Positions 41,301-53,215 of a stretch of DNA of 64,000 nt are shown here, piece by piece. Origin of the DNA: Lytechinus pictus (taxonomy: Eukaryota); the NCBI RefSeq assembly GCF_037042905.1, contig NC_087245.1, positions 44,208,001 through 44,272,000 on the forward strand, written 5' to 3'. Position 1 is the first letter of the stretch. The number at the start of each line of letters is the position of its first letter. Below the pieces are notes generated by a model that was given only the letters and a program-made list of their open reading frames with translations, did no database searches and had not been told where the DNA came from. A program made the position numbers and the translations under genes.

Positions 41301-42415
41301 CATGGCAATTGGATGCTTATGTCAAAATCTATGTACGAATATTCAAATTTTATGAAAATTTGGCGGCCATTTTGAAAAAAGCGCCCTCACGGGTTAATTT
41401 TCAAGATACAGCCTGTTTACCTCATATATTCATATTCAGCGTAAAAAAATGGTCTAGAAGCACTATATGAACATTTCTCCTTCTCCAAGTGGCACCTTGC
41501 TCAATTATAACCCGGACTATATTTGATTTTTAAAATTTGTACCGTTTTCATGACAGGTACCCTTTCCATCAGTTCATTTCTGCATGCGCTTCGCGTTCGT
41601 AGTAATTATTTATATGCATACACATCTTTTTCAGGATAACAAACATTGCTCAGAATGTTCGAATTTTAGGAAAAAACACATAAGATTTCCAAAAAAAAAT
41701 TAGCTCGCGCTTCCCGCTCGCATTATATTAATAATGATTACGATATCATATATTTATGCTGATTTATAAGAATAAAGCTAAGAATTGACTATTAGGACTA
41801 CCCCTACAAAGATACAAAAAATCATCTTCGAGCGGCCGATCGGGGAAAATATGGCAAAAAAAATTCCGGGCCCCCCCCCCCCCCTATTGGCGAAGGCTGG
41901 ATCCGCCCCTGCATAGGTATGGGTTCTTCTGTAGTCAAGCCCTCACGACCATACCCATAGACTCTTCTCTACAAATAATTTCCTCCGTCGTCTGCTCCAG
42001 ACTTCAGTCTGTCTGCTTCAGACCAGTAGCCACGTCTGCTCCTTACTGCAACCACGTCTGAATTCAATACCACAGCAGCCATGTACGTCTAATTTCGTAC
42101 TGCAATCACTGACATCTGTTCACTACAGCGACCACGTCTGTTCAATACTGCAACCACGTCTGTTTCCGTACTGCAACTACTGACATCTGTTCAGTACCGG
42201 AAACTACGTCTGGTTCTTCGACCATATGTATGGGTCCTTTTGCAGTCAGGCTCTTACGACCATACCCATTGGCTCTGCTCTACGTGTAGTTTCCACCGTT
42301 GTCTGCTCCAGACCTCCGACCGTCTGCTTCCGACCAGCAACAATCCGCTTCACACCAACCCGACTACCAAGAGAGCAAGCCCTGGTATAGTCTCTTGCTG
42401 GCGTTCAAAAGACCC

Positions 42416-43715
42416 GTGGCCAAATTTGCCAAAATTGAGTAAAATCATTTTTTTTCCCAAAATTGCCCCCCAAACCAGCCGTCTTTGCTCTATGGGGTCT
42501 TTTAGCATCCAAATGCATAAATACGCAGAAAATAAAGAAGATCCATTCCGATCGAATTTTTGCCCCACCTGCGACCTGGCCAAATTGGCCAAAATTGAGC
42601 AAAATCATTTTTTTTTTCAAAATTGCCCCCCAAACCTCCCTAAACCAGCCGTCTTCGCCCCCTGGGGTCTTCTAGCATCCAAATGCATCAATACGCAGAA
42701 AATAAAGAAGATCCATTCCAATCGAATTTTTGCCCCACCCGCAACCTGGCCAAATTGGCCAAAATTGAGCAAAATCATTTTTTTCCAAAATTGCCCCCAA
42801 AACCAGCCGTCTTTGCTCTGTGGGGTCTTCTAGCATCCAAATACATCAATACGCAGAAAATAAAGAAGATCCATTCCAATCGAATTTTTGCCCCACCCGC
42901 GACCTGGCCAAATTGGCCAAAATTGAGCAAAATCATTTTTTTCCAAAATTGCCCCCAAAACCCCCCTAAACCAGCCGTCTTCGCCCCCTGGGGTCTTCTA
43001 GCATCCAAATGCATCAATACGCAGAAAATAAAGAAGATCCATTCCAATTGAATTTTTGCCCCACCCGCGACCTGGCCAAATTGGCCAAAATTGAGCAAAA
43101 TCATTTTTTTCCAAAATTGCCCCCAAAACCCCCCAAACCAGCCTTCTTTGCTTTGTGGGGTCTTCTAGCATCCAAATGCATCAATACGCAGAAAATAAAG
43201 AAGATCCATTCCGATCGAATTTTTGCCCCAACCGCGACCTGGTGAAATTGGCCAAAATTGAGCAAAATCATTTTTTTTCAAAATTGCCCCCAAAACCAGC
43301 CGTCTTTGCTCTGTGGGGTCTTCTAGCATCCAAATGCATCAATACGCAGAAAATAAAGAAGATCCATTCCGATCGAATTTTTGCCCCACCCGCGACGTGG
43401 CCAAATTGACCAAAATTGAGCAAAATCATTTTTTTCCAAAATTGCCCCCCAAACTAGCCGTGTTCGCTCCGTGGGGTCTTCTAGCATCCAAATGCATCAA
43501 TACGCAGAAAATAAAAAAGAACCATTCCCATCGAATTTTTGCCCCACCCGCGACCTGGCCAAAATTGAGCAAAATCATTTTTTTCCAAAATTGCCCCCAA
43601 AACCCCCCCCAAACCAGCCGTCTTCGCTTAGTGGGGTCTTTTAGCATCCAAAAGTGACAATACGCAGAAAATAAAGAAGATCCATTCCGATCGAATTTTT
43701 GCCCCACCCGCGACC
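42416..43715. repeat. Tandem repeat, 8 units of ~157-169 bp
   Basis: Unit TGGCCAAATTGGCCAAAATTGAGCAAAATC..GATCCATTCCGATCGAATTTTTGCCCCACCCGCGACC. Confidence 0.93.
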
Positions 43716-44340
43716 TCAACATACAAGGAAATCTTACCACAGTCGTCGCAAAGGACTAGAAGTCCATCCTAGGTTTCCCCGTGGAAAGACATGCGAACGA
43801 TTATATAAATCATTTCGTTCGCATCAAACTTTATTGGATAACGAATCCAAACCATTCTGCATGCAATGCATCCCGTGGGCGCCGTATTTCAACAGATCAT
43901 TGGTAAAACCTCACGAGTTCTTAAACTTAACGTACTTGTGCATTAATTATACAATTTTTGTTACAGTTAACCTTGTACAATCTTAGATCAGCTATAACTT
44001 TGCTCTCAAATTAAAGCTTTTATTTAGTTCGAGCTTGTGTTAACCAAAATAATCAGCTAAACATCTCCAGGAAAAATTATACCACAAAAACTGTACAAAA
44101 CATGCATGACATCCATGTTCTACTTCATTATTAGTGTAGAAGCATGCATGGAATATCGCCAGCTACGACAAAAACATTATAACTCAACCAAAGATAATTT
44201 TCTACACATGAAATAAAACCCATTTCGTGACAATATATTTGCAAGGAGAAAGTACATTGTGCAACCCTTGTATGATCATTGAAAAACATAATCATAAAAA
44301 TCATTTAGATGTCACCCACCTTTCTTCTTTTTTCTTCTAG

Positions 44341-44668
44341 GTCGTAAATGAGATGAAATTAGTTATTGGGTCCGGTGCCACACCTCGATTCGAAGATCGC
44401 AAATTGATGCCATATACGGAGGCAACGCTTATGGAGGTTCTCCGATATCGTCCAATCGCCCCTACTGGTGTTCCACATCGGACAACCTCTGATATAAAGG
44501 TCAAGAGTTACGATATCCTTGCAGATGTCAACATTGCTATCAACATCTTGTACATTCATCATAACCCTAAAATATGGGGTGACCCAGAAGTGTTCCGACC
44601 TGAGCGTTTCTTGACTGAGGACGGGAAGGCTGTTGTTAAACATGATGCCTACATGCCATTCGGCGCTG
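44341..44668 (+). CDS. CYP2-like coding exon 4
   Basis: Strong polypyrimidine acceptor; MPYTEATLMEVLR (ExxR), WGDPEVFRPERFL (PERF), MPFGA. Donor G|GTGAGG, phase 1. Confidence 0.95.
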
Positions 44669-45098
44669 GTGAGGATTAATATACCCACATTAATTTTCTT
44701 CAACGCCCATTTCCCGCGAGATTATGTAATATGTTCTGCTTACAGTCGCAGATAGTAGTATTCTCTCGCAATGAAATACTTCCTAGCAACAAATAAACCA
44801 TCTGAATCGTTAGACATTAATATTGTTCAATGTGAGATCAGAGGTCGTTTGATCTTAAATGTTGAAGTTTAATGGCAATATATTTATTATGACAAATATG
44901 TTTGCAACGTTGCTCCCTTTTCAACTAAACTTGGGTCATAGATGCACTTGGGGACATTCATGTTATGTTGGAGGTCACATGGTTAGGTCAAAGGTCATTT
45001 GAGGACAAATGTTAGAGTTTTCATTTTAATCTGATTTTGGAGTAAAGTCGTTTTTTTAAGCTAACGGTCTGTGAATGCTTTGTTTACATTAAACACAG

Positions 45099-45277
45099 GG
45101 CGTCGAGTTTGCCTCGGTGAGCAATTAGCCAAGATGGAAATGTTCCTTTTCTTCACCAACATTCTTCAGCAGTTTATAATCACCTTACCTCCTGGAGTTC
45201 TACCAAACTATGACTTTGGCCATCGTGTTACCACCCTGGTTCCCAAGGCATATGAAATCATCCTAAAGGAGCGTTAG
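45099..45277 (+). CDS. CYP2-like coding exon 5 (terminal)
   Basis: Acceptor ACACAG; completes the heme motif FGAGRRVCLGEQLAKMEMFLF; TAG ends at 45277. Confidence 0.95.
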
Positions 45278-46427
45278 AATGCCAAATGATGGCTTTGTAT
45301 CTCGCACAATTCATTCGTTTAATAATACATGCACCACCAATGTTGACTGTGATATAATGCTTATGAGTCAGCCATCGCATCTCTTCGTAATAAGCCTATG
45401 CAAGAAACTTCCAAAAACAAAGTCCCAAATCAAGCGTTCAGTGGGCGTTGCAGTTGAAGGTGAGTCGTGATTGAACACCAACAAACTACAAATTTACGTT
45501 TAATCAAAGAATTGACGCTTCATACGTTTCAATCGAACGGATCTTCCGCGCATTATTATGAACATGTACATTGAACACGATACCTGCTCAACATCTATAG
45601 ACATTTATTTAGAGTCGAGTAATATCGTCTATATACACATAGTTATTAAGAATACTAGCTTCTTTAGATAATATTGAGTTATATGCCAATTGCAACGGGG
45701 ACAGATTTCTACAGCAAAGTAAAACTGTTGAAAATGCCCGTCAAATCACAGTGGACAGCTTAGAGGTCATTGTCCAAAATTTGTTAACCGGGACAGCAGA
45801 TCATCCTAAAGGGGCTTTCACACCGAAGGTTGCGTAGAGTTGCGTAGGGAGTACGCGAAAATTCGCTGCGTACTCATCGGCGTAGTCCCTGCTTAGGGGA
45901 GCATAGTATTCCGTAGAGTTGTTTAATGTGTCTACGTAACGTTGCGTACGATTGCGTATGGCATCTTTGCGGAAACAAAATACAGTAGGCCTATATCATT
46001 TCCTGCTTTATAAACGTCTCAAGCAACTCTATGCTGTTGTCCGGAACACTGTACTGCTGTGAAGTAGGATAAAAATGTGATGAGTTGTCTGTTAAGTCCA
46101 TTCTAAACTATACTGTACTACCACCAGAGGAGATACTACGATCGATGAACAGGCACTCAACTCAAGCCTACAGCATCGTGGACTTAAAGTAAAGTAAAGT
46201 AAGTAAAGTAAAGTTTTTTGGGCAAGACATGACATAAAGGGCTAAATTAATTAAAAAATGATGTGACCGAGGGAAGTGACCGAGCCCAAAATAGCCTTTT
46301 AAATAGATCAATCAAATTTTTGCAACTGATTTTGATATGATATATGTTTTAAACATCATCACAAAATCCGTCATAACAAATTGATTTATGTATTAAAAAG
46401 CTAATTTTGGCTCGCTCGCTTCCCTCG

Positions 46428-46495
46428 ATAATAATAATAATAATAACGGTTATTTATATGCGCTATACACAAAAAGTATCACAGCGCTTACAATT
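46428..46495 (-). mobile_element. Extreme 3' end of an L2-type LINE or SINE
   Basis: Minus strand TGTAAGCGCTGTGATAC..TAGCGCATATAAATAA..(TTA)n, resembling the tail at 57633-57700. Confidence 0.55.
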
Positions 46496-49400
46496 GTCAG
46501 AAATAAAATATAAATATAATTCTTAAATTCTTAAGTAACAAAAAAGTATAGAATTGTATACATGAAATCGCATCAACTATTGGTGTGCTCAACTGCGCCA
46601 GATGAGGCCTGGTGGCCTCTTGCTTACTGCTTCGATCACTCACTTAATTTGAAATCATTTTGCCCTTTTGTCGTGTCTTGCCCCGAAAACATTAGTCTCA
46701 TTACGTCACTGACCTCCGCCCAAACTAAAAAAAATAATATAATAATAGCTTGATGAACGAAAAGCAAATCAGAAATCAGAGAGCCGACGTCAATGTTGAT
46801 GTTTGCGGTGAGGTTGTCCGAAAACAGAATCACGGAACGGAAAGCATGGAAAGCGTGTTGCGATTTGCTTTTTGCGTTTTTGCAAACAAAACCACAGAGC
46901 TGAAACCGTGTTCTGATTTTGTATTTGCTATATAAAACGCAAATTTAGAATGAGAAATCAGAAAAAGTCCACTAATTATTTCTGATTTCAATTTTCTGTT
47001 TTTGATCTACAAAAACCGAACCACGGGGCTGATTTCCGCTTTCGATTCTTTATGATTGGAACGGAAAAACGAATTATCCATTAGTACCTTGATTGTTTTG
47101 CCTGTCTCTTTCTCTTCTGATGTTTTGGAGTTTCGTCGCTAGCTGCATCACTATGTTCAGATTGTGGTGCAGTTGAATCTCCACCTTGGTCACTTGAAAC
47201 AGAAAGGACAGGAGATTTCTTGCCCCTCTTGGTCTTATTTGTTGGCATCTTGCATCAATATGGACAGAACAATCAGGCATTCAAATTAAGTGCAGTGCTG
47301 ATTTGGTTATGGCAGAGCTTTTATCGTGACTGTCTGCACAATCAGCAAAAACCTGATGAGAAACAGTAGGATCCAGCTTGAGTACTCCAATGATTAGCAA
47401 ATATACGCAACTGTGCGCCAGGTCTACGCAAGTATACGTCGGTCTATACGCAAAACTACGCCATTCCAAAAAAGGCGTTTTGAGAAACCGGGGCATTTTG
47501 GCGTAGTGTTGCGTAGGAGTGGCGTACAGTTGCGTAGTGTTGCGCAGGCTTGCGTATGTCCTGTGTTCTCTGGCTCTACGCCAACAGTACGCCAAAAAAT
47601 TAAACATGTTAAATTTTCTGCGTTCCTCCCGCGTACCCATGCACTTGCGTAGACTAGCGTATGCAAAACAAATGGCGACGTAAGGTTGGGAGCGGAAGAA
47701 AAAAAAGAAGATGTTTGTCGACTGTCTCGAGTCCGGGCCGACACGCTGTTTTGATTCACCGATTTTCGAAAAAGGTTGCTTTTTCATAAAAGGGCTTTTG
47801 ACAAATTCTAAACGTAAGCGTATACATAGGGCATGGGTATGGTGTTGCGGAAACTTCGTATGGTTTCATTTAGAGTACGGTGTTTAGCGTTTAGATCTTA
47901 TCCAGAAAAGCGCATTTGATATTTCAAAGACGTTCAAGAAAGATAGAATCAACACAAAAGCTTGTCTAAACAAATGCTTGGGAGAAATCAGTGGAATCGC
48001 CGTTAATGGTACATAAAATCAGATGTGTTAAACATGTTTCCTTCTGTAAAAAAGTTAATACTGCCATTCTACTAAAATTATTTTTTGTGTGTAATATACG
48101 TCGTTCAGAATATCTTCTGGAATTGATCGAAGGGGTAAGACAAATCATCTTTATTGCGGTACATGATCACGATTCTTTCATCCTAATAACTTTATGGAAC
48201 ACGGTTCTTACAAATATGAGCCTGTTTTAGAGGTATCGTGCAATGTTTGGGCAAATCTATGAGCGACCCAAACAAGAGAGCCAAAACATCACTTTTTATT
48301 ATCGATAAGTTAAATTTGTTTTAAATTAGCGCGTGAAAAAGTTCAAGTTGGCTGTGTATTAACTTCAGGTTGCTGAATAATATGCATGTAGTGTTGCTGA
48401 ATACAGAGGGTCATGGGACCGAGATATCCTTCAGAAAGATATTGATCCACAATCGGTGCACTTCACCAAGATGAGATAAATACCCAAAAGCTGTGAGCCT
48501 AGCTTAGCCTTGGTTATAAAGGAGCGGAGCTCAAGGTGGATAGGTGGAGGGTTCAATCATACACTGAACGATATTACTGAGGTTAAGGGTAAAGTTGCCT
48601 TAAGGAAATGAAAGGAGTGAAAATATCCTTTTAATTTCCCATGTACATATACATTTTTTTTATTCGATGAGCATTTCTGTGTATTTTGAACATTTTGCAA
48701 CTTTTTTAAGCAGATAATGTCATAAATCGGGCTCCTTACCATTAGGTAATGTATTCAATCACTTAATATCAGTAGCCAATCACAATCAATGTTGCCTGAA
48801 TATTTAGTTAAAAACAGTGACCAGGAGCCAATCAAAGTTGTTCTTTTACATTTGCAGTCCTGCATAAGTATTTATGTGACGGGGCCAGATATTGTAGAAT
48901 GCCAATCAATGAACATCAATACATATCTGTTGTTGCATGTATAATGATTACAGTATACCATCAGTTTTAGACTTTATTTATTACTTGTTTTGTTTAGTTT
49001 GTTTATTGAAACAAAATAAAACTTCTGTGCTAATACATAAAAGCATGTTTATTGCCCATTGAACGAACTGAAGTCACTTTTGTCATGTGACTACTGCTCT
49101 CTAGTAAATATATGATACATAGTCCTTCATCAATGATCTGTAACAAAAAGAAATCGTGTATTGATCGTATTCAATTGATTGAAATGTCCATTCCATAAAC
49201 AATCCCAGTTGGTTTGAATGATTTTGAAAAGAATAAAAACGTGTATTGCTGACCTTATGAACAAGTTCATGTACATCAGCTGTCAAATTATTAGATTACC
49301 AAGTTTAGAATTTAGTATTATTGAGGATTCTCCTATATCCGATCTTGAAGCTTTCCCTGTTCTTAAGTAAAACATAGTCGGATCCCTCGTTTTTGCAGCG

Positions 49401-50431
49401 CAGAAAAAAAGAAAAGAAAAGGATGAAAAAAAAGGAAAATGGGAAAGGAGAAAGAAAGAATAAGAAAGAGGATGAGAGGAATAAAAGGGAATGAAAAAGG
49501 AAAAAAGGAATATTTGAAGAAAAAAAAAGAAGATGCTCATCTTGTTTATAAAAAAAAAAGTTGCTTCAAATGTCCTGTTTTATCAGGGATAACTATTAGT
49601 CCAGTCAATTTAACTTTTCACGTGGAACAACTTGCAACAGAATTTATTCCAATGCAGAACATTTGTTTGAGGTCCATAGAGGACCATACTAAAAGTCCCA
49701 GAAAATACGAATAGGGGAAAGTGTTCTAATTTGCATAAACATAATGGTTATTTTGGGTCATATTCGCTCATTTAGTTTACGTAGCAGACGACGCCAGTGT
49801 ATGCTATGTACTCAGACCCGATTGCAAATCATATCAATTCCGGACTCGACTACTATAAACATTGGCCTCCTCAAACTATAGCTATATCATAAATAATATT
49901 TTCATAAATAATATATCACATATAATACTTTTTTAATAAATCTTGGAAAATCTAGTGTTTTTAATTTGAGAGTATATACCCTCAGGAAGGCTAGTGGAAT
50001 GACACCTCAACATTTTGAAAGTCTCAAGGAGGAAATTTTTGAACTCTCAAGTTGGCGAATAAACACTGTGAGTATACGGAACATAAACCTACGCATACAG
50101 TATATACTACATATATATACTACGTAGGCCTATAGGCCTGTACGCCGCATCAGACTGGCATTCCCGACCTTTCGTTGGACAACGCGAACGCTTATTTGCG
50201 ACGGTAGTTGATTTTGGAAGAGACTTTTGGGCCCGTCGTCATGGTCGTAAAACTCTGTCCTGCAATGCAAATTGTGTGACATGAGATTTTTTTTCGTTTC
50301 GCATCTGGAACGGAAACATTCAATCTGCGTTTCGTGTGCAAAATTATGGTTGCTACTATAAACAGCGATATATCCGATTTAGGACGACTTTCCAAAGCCA
50401 CATTTGGTTCCTCCCAGAGCTCGAGAGGCCG

Positions 50432-50735
50432 CCCGGGGGACCCACTTCCATCGAAGAGTGGATACCAGGCGCGACCGCGCGTAAAAAGGGGAAGAGTGGG
50501 CAAGTACGTTACGTATAGGCCTATGTAACGTTATAAGGGTGTCAAAAACGATATTTAAGAAATACTGAAAAAGGAGGATATGTTTTCAATACTTGTAGAG
50601 TTTCACAAGCTAAATACTTGTTAAGAGATGCATTTTCATAATCTGGAAAAGCCTTGCTTCCCTTGTTTAGGGTGCTTTTCGAAACCACATGGTCGTGCCT
50701 GGTATCCACTCATCAATGGAAGTGGTCCCCCCGGG
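50432..50735. mobile_element. Short relative of the 11847-12527 TIR family
   Basis: CCCGGGGGACCCACTTCCAT..GAGTGGATACCAGGC is inverted to GCCTGGTATCCACTC..ATGGAAGTGGTCCCCCCGGG. Confidence 0.75.
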
Positions 50736-51444
50736 AATTCGAATCTAATCCCCCATTTCTGGGGAAAGTAAAGCATAATGCCCAATACATTGTGTGCTAG
50801 AGGCATATCGTTGGTGTAGGAGTTAACAAAAGATAAAACACCGCACGTATACATGATGTGTACATAATCAACGCATGCGAAATGGTTTCGGCTGGAGAGG
50901 TGATTTGACCCATGGAATCAATTGCCAGAGATCCACCAATAATCCACATTAAATGCAATATCGATTCGATGGACTGTAATGATCTATATCTAAGCCTTAA
51001 TTCAGTAACTTTTTCCTCACTCAATATGTACTCGATTTGTTTGAAAAACCACTTTTTTATCCATGTCATGATCTATTTTAGGTCCTGCATTTCGAATATC
51101 TCCAGCCATCAGTCGTAATGTACATGCATGTATGGTGCGGGTGTCGCGGGAAAGAATTTTGCACACGAAAAGCAGATCTGTAGGGCCTGTAACCCCCCTG
51201 TAACACAAAACTTATTATTGTAGAGCAGTTTTCTACGTTTGATTGTATTGACTATAACGTACAATCAATCTTAAAAATCAAGTGTATGATTAAGCGTTAA
51301 CTTTTGTGTTTAATAGGGGACCCTAATATTAGCGTCCGTGAGGATTGCGAAAGGTGGCAATTGAACCCTTCAACGCCGCTATTCCGAATCACCGAAGCGG
51401 ACCACGCTAACCCAGGTATTTGCAATACACACTAGATAAGCAAG

Positions 51445-51850
51445 ATGAATCCTGATGATGACGAAACTGATGATGGTCTGTTTAAGACTCCACCTGACAC
51501 ACTATCTGAATTACAGTCTCAAGATGGAGACAGAAATAGTCAGTATTACTGCAAAAAGTGTAAATCGCCAGGTGATACTAAACTATGACCAGATGCAGCA
51601 CCAAGAAGTTCAAAGCTTACTTCCACTTTGCTTGCACAGGGATGCCCGCTCACATGCTTACCTATATTAGGCGTGTTAATAGGGCCAAATATATTTGTGA
51701 TGAATGTGAAATTACTGATGCAGATATTATCCGCGAATTATGTGAGCAAAATGAACCTAAACGGAATAATGTAATACATGAACAGGATGTAAACGATATC
51801 AATCAACTAAAAGGAGCCATAGAAAATATGGAAAAGGAAGTAATCAAGTG
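51445..51850 (+). pseudogene. Frameshifted PHD-finger plus coiled-coil ORF, probably a LINE ORF1 relic
   Basis: ATG 51445 ..YYCKKC.., frameshift, then RCSTKKFKAYFHFAC..YICDEC (C4HC3 pattern with one Cys lost), followed by heptad-like DINQLKGAIENMEKEV. Confidence 0.6.
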
Positions 51851-52635
51851 TATTACCATAAGTAAGGACTTAGATGAACTTCCCCATTTAGTTCCTGTCA
51901 AACTTCGCAATATATTTAATTTCATTTTACTTCTTGAAACTACATTCTCTATATGGGGATGCCAAGACAATTTACTATCAAATATCATCCCTAGAAAACG
52001 GTGATTTGTTTTATAAGTGAGTATACTTCCTTCCAACTTAACTGTTGGAGGGATAACGTTTGTAAGCTTAGTGAAAAATACCGGAACAGTATTCTCAATA
52101 GAAAAATTGAAACCCCAGTCTTTTAACCAGGTACATAATACATCTAGATAAGTTTGTATCCTTAATCTAACATTCTCTACATTTTTTTTCCAGAAAACCA
52201 TATTGCACAATCATCAGCATATATAGATATTGTCACTTCAGGATCAATTTGAATATCTCTCATCATGACATTATATAAAAGGTGACTCAGAACACTCCCC
52301 TGGGGGAGTCCATTATGGATTTGGACAGTTCTGGATTCAGTATTTGTAACTCTTACCTGAAAGGTACGTTCTGATAGATTATTTTCTAAAAAAATGTAAC
52401 ATATTTCCTCCTATACCACACTGAGTGAGTTTGTACAGTAACCCATCAATCCAAAGACTGTCATAAGCCTTTTCGCCCTTTTCGACATCCAAAAATACTG
52501 CAAGAGTGTGCTCACTGCAATTAATAGATTTTTAATGTCATTTTCTAATAAAACAATATTGTCTGTAGTACTACGACCTTTTTTTAAAACCGCTAATGAA
52601 ATTAGGCAATAAGTCATTTTTATCTATGTACCAGT
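51850..52635 (-). mobile_element. Degraded RT fragment of an I-group (Nimb/Ingi-like) LINE
   Basis: GRSTTDNI, PQGSVLS, IYADD, RFLGMIFDSKLSW and LNILRSLTGTKWG on the minus strand. Confidence 0.8.
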
Positions 52636-52636
52636 G

Positions 52637-53018
52637 CGATTTTTTTTCTAACGGTGTCTTCAATGGGACAAACACGCTGAGAAAATAAAATGAAATTGAA
52701 ATTCGAGTTTCGTTTTAAGCCGGCAATTAAGTGCCTTAAATAAAATGTACTCGACTACTGTTTTAACATAACAAACAAGCAAATCAGCCATGTGGCTCAA
52801 CTAACTTAGAATAGATCCGGACTTCTACTGTGTCTTATACGAGGACTCCGAGTCGGAACTTGCCATATCTGCCACATCGATATTACATCGTATCATTTCC
52901 ATATGCGGACATGCCTGCATGCAATGGCCCCAAGGCGGGACCCGGCCGCGGTCGGACACGACGTGCATCGGTAGCATGGAGCAAGCTAACGTGAGTCGAG
53001 CCGAGGTAGATCCAACGT
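52637..53018. repeat. Isolated copy of the TIR of the 60167-62390 element
   Basis: Near-identical to ~60262-60628. Confidence 0.85.
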
Positions 53019-53215
53019 ATGTTATACAGTGCCAGTCAGTCCGCAGCCCGTCCGAAAGTATTTTATTCAGCGGTATGCATAACCATCCGTGGTTTAATGC
53101 ATATACGTAATGAGCTGTGAAGACGATCTTTCCGATCGGCGTTTTAAAATGTTGCTCTTTATAGAATTGTCAATTTCTCATAAAATTTGTCTTATTTTAT
53201 TATTTCTCTGTGTGT

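Larger units (their letters stand above)
33743..41519. mobile_element. Complete long-TIR non-autonomous DNA transposon, Academ-like
   Basis: TAGTCCGGGTTATAATTGAGC / GCTCAATTATAACCCGGACTA. Inverted similarity is strong for ~600 bp and extends to ~1.2 kb. 3-bp TAT on both sides; internal degenerate sub-repeats. Confidence 0.85.
27842..41911. mobile_element. hAT-like (possibly hAT5-type) non-autonomous element hosting further insertions
   Basis: Termini CATAGGCGGATCCAG / CTGGATCCGCCCCTG; 5-bp duplication CATAG (27837-41 and 41912-16). The shared internal CGCGCTCGC repeats continue across the nested inserts. Confidence 0.7.
27533..42354 (-). mobile_element. Putative LTR-like sequence (~750 bp when rejoined) split by the 14-kb nest
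   Basis: TGTGA..TCACA ends and a minus-strand AATAAA near 27732. The internal CGACCATA repeat continues across the insertion. No TSD found. Confidence 0.45.

Noticed and set aside
43700..43760. Helitron 3' end (CTAG) after the tandem array
   Set aside because: No clear subterminal hairpin, and the following base is not T.
42240..43986. Cluster of 70-197 aa ORFs
   Set aside because: They are translations of the tandem repeat, open in several frames on both strands.
45809..47800. Harbinger-like element with GCGTA repeats
   Set aside because: Repeat-like fragments are present, but I could not pair termini or find a TSD.
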